Of a DNA stretch of 27,471 nucleotides, positions 1 through 6,573 are shown piece after piece (the stretch's first letter is position 1; each line of letters starts with the position of its first letter). Source of the stretch: an uncultured Candidatus Saccharibacteria bacterium. Its GTDB lineage: Bacteria > Patescibacteriota > Doudnabacteria > UBA920. The DNA lies in NCBI GenBank assembly GCA_964652865.1, contig CAZZBG010000002.1, positions 1 through 27,471 of the forward strand, given 5' to 3'. A program made the position numbers and the translations under genes. A model generated the notes under the pieces. The model worked only from the letters and a program-made list of their open reading frames with translations, had not been told where the DNA came from and did not search any database.

Positions 1-624
1 GAATACTCCCATGAGTAGCGGTCGGAAAACAAAGTTTTCACAAGCCCGCCATTTATACCATACCCACCTCAAGACGAGTAGGAAAAGGAGTTCTGCTCCG
101 AATAAACCCAGCTTTGGGAAAAAAGGTGTGCATAGTAGTGCTGGAATCCCAGCGCTCAAAATGGCTACCATTAACAGTGATAGATGCTGTACTTTTTCTT
201 TCTCTGAGTGCTCCGCATTTTCTGCGTTTTTTTGAAACTGCATTCGCAGTGTCAAAATTCCGCAAAAAACACATATCACAAACAAGATAATGCCAGTTTT
301 GGGATACCAAAAGCAAAACATAAGTGATGCTATTGCACACGCTGCCAAAAAAGCAAATTGCAAGTTTTTTTGTGATTTCCACTTTTTTACAAGAGTTAGA
401 ACTTTTGTTGTAAGCTTTTGCTTATTGTCTTTCTCGTGCTTGGCCGCCGCGAGCGCGGGGTCAAGTGTTATTATCACTTCGGTCCCATGTCTTTCGGCAT
501 GGACTTCTTTCGTTTGCAGAGGAATTGGTATAGTTTTTTTCTTCTGCTGCCAGAACAAAAAAATTAAACCAAGACCAATTGCTTCTAAAAGGAGTGAAAC
601 GTATATGAGGATATTACTTCCCAT
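1..624 (-). CDS. Multi-pass membrane protein, 5' part only (runs off the left edge)
   Basis: Manual translation from ATG at 624 gives 208 codons with no stop down to base 1 (MGSNILIYVSLLLEAIGLGLIFLFWQQKKK...). It has several hydrophobic segments and an SD-like AGAGG just upstream. The ORF track omits it because no stop codon is in the window. Confidence 0.8.
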   Translation of the reverse strand, partial: MGSNILIYVSLLLEAIGLGLIFLFWQQKKKTIPIPLQTKEVHAERHGTEVIITLDPALAAAKHEKDNKQKLTTKVLTLVKKWKSQKNLQFAFLAACAIASLMFCFWYPKTGIILFVICVFCGILTLRMQFQKNAENAEHSEKEKVQHLSLLMVAILSAGIPALLCTPFFPKLGLFGAELLFLLVLRWVWYKWRACENFVFRPLLMGVF

Positions 625-800
625 ATTTACCTCTCTTGTTTTTGTATTTTGCTAACCTAAATTTTCAAAGAACGAATGTACATAACGCTTTGTTACATAC
701 CAGCAAGGATGCCCTGCTGGAAAATAGCTTCTGATGCTCAGAAAAACCTCTAATTTAAGCTATTTTCTAGAAGGGAATCAAAAAAGAAAACATATTTGGT

Positions 801-829
801 ATTTAATCACAAACTATGATATTTGTCAA
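801..829 (-). promoter_or_regulatory. Possible sigma70 promoter for the - strand membrane protein gene
   Basis: TTGACA (829-824), 17 nt spacer, then TTAAAT preceded by TGA on the - strand. The -10 match is imperfect. Confidence 0.4.
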
Positions 830-1146
830 GTATATTGTATAGTCAATTATCGCATTGGGGGCTGACCTAAGTTCATGAGATCGTGCAATTCCCATTCCTT
901 TGGTGTGCAGAATAGTGCGGCTTGAGTTACTCCCACAGATCTTGAATTTCTTAGTTGGAAACGAAATTTGAGCTCATATTTAAGGAGCTGTTTTATTATG
1001 AATGGCTCCTCAAAATTCGTATTGGTTAAAGTAATACCTGTGTGATATGCTTAAAAAAGTTATATGATCTAGTTCGTTTAATTTTCGGTTGAGTATTCAT
1101 AGTTTGGTATTTATTTCTTTTGAAAGTAATTATTTGAAATTTAGAT

Positions 1147-2004
1147 ATGCTTAAAAATAAAAAGCGTATATTCGGTTTGTTTACTTCTTTACTTGCATTA
1201 ACTTTTTTGTTTCCTGGCGTGGGTAAGGCAGTTAGTATTGCCGGGGACTGTAAGGCGTCATTGTATTTTGCAGTGACTGAAACAAATGGTAAACAAATTA
1301 CAGAGCTGATTCCTGCCCAAATCGGATCACTTAGTGTTGTTTTGTACATGAAGGTAGATTTTAATGACGCTGCTAAGTGCGATACATCCACATGGTCTAG
1401 TGTTACAGCATTCCGTGGTTTTGACGCACTTGTGAAAGATGCAAATCAGTTTATTGGAAATGGTGTTATCACAGCAGTGAGTCCTACTCAATACGAAGTT
1501 AAGCAGACAATAACGACTAGTAATCTACCCGACACGCTTGGGGCAGTACCTAAGGCAGGGTCTAAGATACAGTTACGTGGGTTTATAAATCTTAGAGATG
1601 CAAGTTTGCGTGATAACTTTGTTTATAGCGCTACAAGCACAATCAGTGTGACTGGCAGTGCTCCTAGCGGAGCGCCTACTCCATCAGGGGCAACCGAAAC
1701 TCCATCTACAACCCCTTCTCCAACCTTTACGCCGGGGGTGATTGCCACAATCCAAAACCCGATTCCATTTAACTCACTTGGTGAATTGTTGGTCGCGGCG
1801 ATACGATTTATTTTGACGATGCTTGGTGCGCTTGCGGTGTTCTTTATTATTGTGGGAGCAGTTAAGATGGTAACTTCGCAGGGGAACGAAAAAAATATTA
1901 CGTCTGGTAAGCAAACTATTCAGTGGGCGGTTATTGGTTTAATAGTTGCGCTTATGTCGTTCTCGGTTATTGCGCTCGTCCAAAGTTTCTTGCAGAGACA
2001 ATAA
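1147..2004 (+). CDS. Pilin-fusion 1: signal peptide, unknown beta-rich domain, P/T/S linker, C-terminal TrbC/VirB2-like pilin
   Basis: Signal peptide MLKNKKRIFGLF...VGKA and a PTPSGATETPSTTPSPT linker. The C-terminal two-TM hairpin carries the loop GAVKMVTSQGNEKNITSGKQTIQWAVIG shared with the five neighbours. Confidence 0.85.
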   Translation: MLKNKKRIFGLFTSLLALTFLFPGVGKAVSIAGDCKASLYFAVTETNGKQITELIPAQIGSLSVVLYMKVDFNDAAKCDTSTWSSVTAFRGFDALVKDANQFIGNGVITAVSPTQYEVKQTITTSNLPDTLGAVPKAGSKIQLRGFINLRDASLRDNFVYSATSTISVTGSAPSGAPTPSGATETPSTTPSPTFTPGVIATIQNPIPFNSLGELLVAAIRFILTMLGALAVFFIIVGAVKMVTSQGNEKNITSGKQTIQWAVIGLIVALMSFSVIALVQSFLQRQ

Positions 2005-2044
2005 CGGTTTTTGGCAACATGCCTTTTACAAATTAAACAACCGT

Positions 2045-3001
2045 ATGAAGTTTGCACACATAAAACACGCTCACATATTTTTCGGTTCACTAGCTTTGCT
2101 CGTGCTCGTTTTGGTGCTCATGGATACCAACATTGCTCACGCTGCACTGGTTACGTGTGGTAATGGTGATGGGGGGAAGATTGAAGATAGTTGCAAGTTT
2201 GGAGATTTTTTTAACACTGCTATTGCGTTCATTGACTACATGCTTGCTGGTGCTGCTGTTGCGGCAGTGGGTGGTGTTGTGTGGGGTGGTGCGCTCATGG
2301 TCACTTCCGCTGGTAACCAAAGCAAGGTAGAAACTGGTAAGAAGTCTGTAAAGAATTCGGTGATTGGACTCTCCATTATCCTTGTCGCATTTTTGTTGGT
2401 TCGCAGTGTGTTTACTATATTAGGCTTTCAAGGGGGTGATGCACCGCTGTCTAACCCTGGCGGATTTACCGATCCAAATAGCGGTTTTCAACTGATAAAC
2501 CCTGGGGAAAATAGTGGCGGAACCAACCCTACACCAGCGCCATCTGGTACCACTGGCACTGTGCCTGCCCCATCTGGGTCGTCGCAGGAACTTGCGCAAA
2601 AGATATTGCAAACATTGGGTGCTGGTTGTTTTCGAGATTCCCATATTAGTGGGCTGGGTGTAGGAGATGGTGCAACAGCACGAGATAACATAGTAGATGT
2701 TGCTGCAGGGAGAGCTGCAAAGCGAAGTAGTTACGGTTCTACCACTATTGGGGGGTCTACGACGCTGGACCCACGTATGCTCCAAGCAATGCTCGCTATC
2801 TATGGTGCTGGCTACTCGAGCATATGTCCAATAACCGCTATTGCGGGTAGTGCACATAATACGCGAGCTTCAGCGCACTACTCTGGCAAAGCGTTTGATA
2901 TTGACCAAACTTTGAACGCCGCAAGTATTTTGGCGATTTGCAAACAGTATGGTGCAACTGGGGCGATTAACGAAGGAAATCATTTGCATTGCGAATGGTA
3001 A
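2045..3001 (+). CDS. Pilin-fusion 2: signal peptide, TrbC/VirB2-like pilin, linker, C-terminal M15-type (Hedgehog/DD-peptidase fold) Zn peptidase
   Basis: Start reassigned to ATG 2045, 40 nt after the upstream stop. Pilin loop GGALMVTSAGNQSKVETGKKSVKNSVIG. The C-terminus has SAHYSGKAFDI (H-x6-D) and NHLHCEW (HxH). Confidence 0.8.
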   Translation: MKFAHIKHAHIFFGSLALLVLVLVLMDTNIAHAALVTCGNGDGGKIEDSCKFGDFFNTAIAFIDYMLAGAAVAAVGGVVWGGALMVTSAGNQSKVETGKKSVKNSVIGLSIILVAFLLVRSVFTILGFQGGDAPLSNPGGFTDPNSGFQLINPGENSGGTNPTPAPSGTTGTVPAPSGSSQELAQKILQTLGAGCFRDSHISGLGVGDGATARDNIVDVAAGRAAKRSSYGSTTIGGSTTLDPRMLQAMLAIYGAGYSSICPITAIAGSAHNTRASAHYSGKAFDIDQTLNAASILAICKQYGATGAINEGNHLHCEW

Positions 3002-3019
3002 AACTATATTGAGAATTAT

Positions 3020-3772
3020 ATGAACCAAATCATCTTTTTTATTCGCAAGCATGCACTATTGGTAGGGGTTTTATTTCTCCTTTCTGCTGGTGCAGTTTAC
3101 GCACAAGCAACAAATCCGTTTGCGTGTCCGCAGTACCCAGAGCAAAAAGTTGGAAGTCGTGGTACGTGTGTGCAGCGCATTAAGTGGCACTTGAACAACA
3201 AACAAACTCCTTCCCCTGCATTTGATTTGGAAGGTGATACTGCGCCAGTGTTCGACGCAAAGACCTTACAGCAAGTGCAGAAATGGCAAAAAGATAAAGG
3301 TCTTAACTGTACCGAAGGGGTAGTAGGGCCTGAAACATGGAATTCGTTTGAACCAGGGCTTGGTATGACTGGCCCTTGTGTGGATGGAACAATTAAGACT
3401 GGCGGTAATTCTACCGGAACTACTGGTAACGCTGGATACAGCAACGACCTTACAAAAGAGTGTAAAGATCTGGAACAAAGTTTTACTGATTTTGGGGGCA
3501 GCGTCCCTGGGTCACTCGCGCTTAATTGTTATAGCCCAGGTCAAGGGTTAAACAAAATAATTCGACTTGCGTTTACGTTTGTTGGTATACTCGCTGTTCT
3601 GTTTATTGTGATTGGCGGGTATAAGTACATGACTGCGGCAGGGGACGACAAAAAAGCAGGTGCAGGTAAGAAAACAATTCAATGGGCACTTATTGGTTTA
3701 ATAGCCACACTGTTTGCGTATTCTATTGTCGCTATTGCAACTCGGTTTGCGACACAAAGCACGATTTTCTAG
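3020..3772 (+). CDS. Pilin-fusion 3: signal peptide, peptidoglycan-binding (PG_binding_1-like) domain, C-terminal TrbC/VirB2-like pilin
   Basis: KVGSRGTCVQRIKWHLN...FDAKTLQQVQKWQKDKGL...EGVVGPETWNSF fits the PG_binding_1 pattern. Pilin loop GGYKYMTAAGDDKKAGAGKKTIQWALIG. Confidence 0.85.
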   Translation: MNQIIFFIRKHALLVGVLFLLSAGAVYAQATNPFACPQYPEQKVGSRGTCVQRIKWHLNNKQTPSPAFDLEGDTAPVFDAKTLQQVQKWQKDKGLNCTEGVVGPETWNSFEPGLGMTGPCVDGTIKTGGNSTGTTGNAGYSNDLTKECKDLEQSFTDFGGSVPGSLALNCYSPGQGLNKIIRLAFTFVGILAVLFIVIGGYKYMTAAGDDKKAGAGKKTIQWALIGLIATLFAYSIVAIATRFATQSTIF

Positions 3773-3804
3773 GAAGCAGGAATTAGGTTCTAGGTGGTAG
3801 TAAA

Positions 3805-3845
3805 AACAAAGGTTACCTTCGTACTCTACGAAGGTAACCTTTGTT
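3805..3845. repeat. Perfect 19-bp inverted repeat with 3-nt loop
   Basis: AACAAAGGTTACCTTCGTA-CTC-TACGAAGGTAACCTTTGTT, 32 nt after the pilin-3 stop. Probably a terminator or mRNA stabiliser. Confidence 0.9.
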
Positions 3846-4177
3846 GTCAGAAGCACCAAACCACAAGCACGAAATAGCAAATAAATTCCAATAGTAAAAC
3901 TCCAAACAAATGCAATTCAGTTTTGAGTTTGCAGTTACAGTTTTACGTTTTGTCTTTTGAGTTTGCAGTTCTTTTGACATCAAGACGTTACGACATTAAG
4001 ACGTGAAGACTTATGGTTCTTTCGTTCGACGTTGCGACGTGAAGACTCTCTTGTCTTTCTCGTTTCCCCGCATTCTGCGGGACCCGCTTGAGCGGGCTCG
4101 CTACCCACCTCTTCGGTGGGTCGCCGAAGAGGCGACTAGTTACTCGTTACTTGCTGCCCTAGCGCAATTGCCACTAA

Positions 4178-4188
4178 TGTGGTATACT
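4178..4188 (+). promoter_or_regulatory. Extended -10 promoter for the stand-alone pilin
   Basis: TGTGG-TATACT about 55 nt upstream of the start. No good -35. Confidence 0.5.
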
Positions 4189-4243
4189 CAAAAAGTATTC
4201 ATGGCGTGGAGATTCCGCGCTTTAAGGAAGGGGGTGAATAGAT

Positions 4244-4639
4244 TTGAAACAAATGTTGAAGAATGTTAACTGGCTTGGTTGGGCTCAAGCTTTGCTTGTA
4301 TTTGCTCTTATCCTCGCTCCAGTTACTGTAAGTGCAGCTAAATTGACTGCTCCAAGCGGTCTTTGTGCCACTGGTTTGAATTGTGAAGACAACTTGTCTA
4401 TCAACGGTATTATCATCAGAATCATTAACTGGATTTTGGCGATTGTATTGGCTGTTGACGTGCTCATGATTATCATTGGTGGGTTCATGTACGTAACTTC
4501 TGCTGGTGACGAAGGTCGCGCAAAGAAGGGTCGTACAACCGTTGTCAACGCTATTATCGGACTTGTAATCATCATTTTGGCATATGTTATTGCCAACGTG
4601 GTTTCCAACTTCTTTAGTGCGGATAGACTCCAATCTTAA
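4244..4639 (+). CDS. Stand-alone TrbC/VirB2-like pilin (candidate major subunit)
   Basis: TTG start after a strong SD-like AAGGAAGGGGGTGA, signal peptide ending PVTVSA, a C-x5-C loop and the loop GGFMYVTSAGDEGRAKKGRTTVVNAIIG. No cargo domain. Confidence 0.9.
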   Translation: MKQMLKNVNWLGWAQALLVFALILAPVTVSAAKLTAPSGLCATGLNCEDNLSINGIIIRIINWILAIVLAVDVLMIIIGGFMYVTSAGDEGRAKKGRTTVVNAIIGLVIIILAYVIANVVSNFFSADRLQS

Positions 4640-4722
4640 CCGCTTTTCGCCTACACTGCGTCGTGTTACCTCTCTTCTAGAGCTTGGCTGCAGCCACTCG
4701 GCGCAGTGAAGGCGAACCGGTT
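4638..4722 (+). other. Multibranched RNA structure immediately after the stand-alone pilin stop
   Basis: Outer stem TTCGCCT/AGGCGAA plus CACTGCGTCG/CGGCGCAGTG, closed by AACCG/CGGTT. Inner hairpins CTCT-TCT-AGAG and the palindrome TGGCTGCAGCCA. Confidence 0.7.
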
Positions 4723-4807
4723 TCTTTAACAGAAAAATATACGCGGGATTTCTTCTAAGAAAATGTTAGTAGTACTGCCGTGTTTATTTTTCTAAACACA
4801 AATAGAT

Positions 4808-5644
4808 ATGCTTTTTAGAAATTTTAATTTTGGTTCATTGTCTCGGAGCTTCTTTGTAGCTCGGATTTTTTTTGTTTTACTCTTTGCAGTAGCGACTCCG
4901 CTGACAGCGTACGGGCAACAAAGCGCGAGTGATCCAGTGATCGTAGAAAGTCGTGCATGCCCACAAATTTCTTCTCCGGCAAACTCTTGCTTTAGTTTGT
5001 CGCAAATGAAGCCAAGCGAATACGTTGTGCTTGTGGTGAGTAATGTCTTCCAGTACAATACGCTGAAAGTGTTCCTAGACGGTTCTACTGAACTGCAACA
5101 ACAAAACTTTGTACGCAATGGAGGAAATTTAGCCACAGTTGTAGCTGCGTTACCACAAGATATAGAGCCTGGCTCTGCACACCAAGTTGCTGTAATAATT
5201 GATCAAGGAAATGTGCCGAGCGCACCAGTGAATCTGTCTATCCGAGGGGTGGCACCAAGCACTGCACCTACTGGTGGAGGGGGCGCATCGGGTGGTGGGA
5301 GCACCACGCCGAAGCCTACGGTAAACCCAAATGCTGGTGGCAGTGTGAAAGATGGTCTCAAAGGCATAGCGGGTGAGTTCCAGTATCAAGGTGAACTTGC
5401 CCAATCGCAAACCATTGGAGATGTGATTGTCGCAGTCATCAACGTTTTACTAGGGTTGCTCATGGCAATTTCTGTGCTCATGATAATTTTTGGTGGCTTT
5501 ACCTATGTCACCGCAGCAGGGGCAGAGGACAAAGCTAAGAAGGCTCGCCGGATTATTACCTATGCGGTAACTGGTATGATAATAGTAATACTATCTTACA
5601 TGCTGGTGTCTACTATAAGTAACGCGCTAGATGGTCAAATCTAA
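4808..5644 (+). CDS. Pilin-fusion 5: signal peptide, Ig/IPT-like domain, G/S/T/P linker, C-terminal TrbC/VirB2-like pilin
   Basis: Signal peptide ending PLTAYG, a beta-rich domain and linker STAPTGGGGASGGGSTTPKP. Loop GGFTYVTAAGAEDKAKKARRIITYAVTG. The Ig assignment is tentative. Confidence 0.85.
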   Translation: MLFRNFNFGSLSRSFFVARIFFVLLFAVATPLTAYGQQSASDPVIVESRACPQISSPANSCFSLSQMKPSEYVVLVVSNVFQYNTLKVFLDGSTELQQQNFVRNGGNLATVVAALPQDIEPGSAHQVAVIIDQGNVPSAPVNLSIRGVAPSTAPTGGGGASGGGSTTPKPTVNPNAGGSVKDGLKGIAGEFQYQGELAQSQTIGDVIVAVINVLLGLLMAISVLMIIFGGFTYVTAAGAEDKAKKARRIITYAVTGMIIVILSYMLVSTISNALDGQI

Positions 5645-5648
5645 TAAT

Positions 5649-6557
5649 ATGAAAACTATTAAATACTTATTTACCTATTTCTTCCTCGTGGCTTTCATTT
5701 CGTTAACGAGTTTTATTCCTAATTTTGTCTTAGCTGCGTTTGGTGATATTACAAATATTTATAGTTGCAAAACAATCAAACCTCCTTCAACTATTCCTGA
5801 AGAATGTTATCCAGGGATTACAGTAGATGATTCGTACATTCTTTTGTACGGTTCAGGGTTTAATCCAGAGAGTGATACAGTAACGATAGCAGATGTAAAT
5901 GTACCTATTATTAAGAATGGGTCGAATGGTGGCATGCTTGTCTTGGATATGCCAAACTCTCTGCGTGCTGTCGCCAAAAATTCTACAGGACAAGTTGTTC
6001 TCTTGGTGAAAGCTATGAGCGGTGATTTTATTGAAAAGTCTGTGTCTCTCCTTTGCGCCAATGAAGCATGTGCCGCCACAACTTCTCCTACCCCAATAAT
6101 TAGTTCAACACCGAATGCTTCGGTAACACCAAAGCCTTCCGGTGCTTCTCCGTCTCCAACGGGTAGTGGTAGCGCTACTCCTCCAACTCAGCCCATAGAG
6201 ACAGACTTACGCGGTGAGTGTCAGAAGCAGGGGTTGCAATACGACAATGCGAGCGGGTTGTGCTTGCCAACGAACCCGTACAAGGCCAGTGCAGATAGCT
6301 TGGCGGGCCAGACAACACTCGGTGGGCTCATTCGTCGAGTGCTGAATATCTTACTGACTTTGGCTGGGGTGGTCGCTGTGCTCATGATTATTTTGGGTGG
6401 GTACCAGTACGTTACCTCTCGTGGTGCAGAAGACCAAGCAAAGGCTGGTCGCAAGACAATTACTTACGCTGCTATTGGACTTATCGCTGTACTCTTGGCA
6501 TATATGCTGGTCACGGTTGTTACGAACTTTGCCACACAAGGCGTGTTGTTTAACTAA
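5649..6557 (+). CDS. Pilin-fusion 6: signal peptide, IPT/TIG-like domain, P/S/T linker, C-terminal TrbC/VirB2-like pilin
   Basis: Start reassigned to ATG 5649, 4 nt after the upstream stop. ILLYGSGFNP resembles the IPT/TIG GxxF strand. Loop GGYQYVTSRGAEDQAKAGRKTITYAAIG. Confidence 0.85.
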   Translation: MKTIKYLFTYFFLVAFISLTSFIPNFVLAAFGDITNIYSCKTIKPPSTIPEECYPGITVDDSYILLYGSGFNPESDTVTIADVNVPIIKNGSNGGMLVLDMPNSLRAVAKNSTGQVVLLVKAMSGDFIEKSVSLLCANEACAATTSPTPIISSTPNASVTPKPSGASPSPTGSGSATPPTQPIETDLRGECQKQGLQYDNASGLCLPTNPYKASADSLAGQTTLGGLIRRVLNILLTLAGVVAVLMIILGGYQYVTSRGAEDQAKAGRKTITYAAIGLIAVLLAYMLVTVVTNFATQGVLFN

Positions 6558-6573
6558 AATCTGTCGGGCATAT

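Noticed and set aside
11-655. ORFs 11..235 (+), 53..382 (-) and 290..655 (+)
   Set aside because: They overlap the longer stop-free - strand frame 624..1, which has an SD and coherent TM segments, so they are shadow ORFs.
857-870. GGGGGCTGA resembling a tmRNA 5' end
   Set aside because: No T-arm or CCA acceptor half and no tag ORF in a standard or permuted arrangement nearby.
847-912. Loose resemblance to SAM-I or cobalamin riboswitch words (TTATC, GGGGCTGACC, GTGCAATTCC)
   Set aside because: Core motifs are missing (GCAACC and the closing GAT for SAM-I, GGGAA and the GCCACTG box for cobalamin), and the downstream genes are pilins.
3921-4047. Direct repeats as a mini CRISPR array
   Set aside because: The repeats are only 12-16 nt, occur twice each, have no unique spacers of typical size, and no cas genes are present.
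4003-4269. 88-aa ORF upstream of the stand-alone pilin
   Set aside because: It runs through the repeat and hairpin tract and the promoter, has a non-ATG start without SD, and has no protein-like features.
1147-6557. Type IV (PilA-like) pilins or a recombinase-driven shufflon
   Set aside because: No G-F-x4-E prepilin peptidase motif, all genes share one orientation, and no recombinase or repeated inversion sites are in the window.
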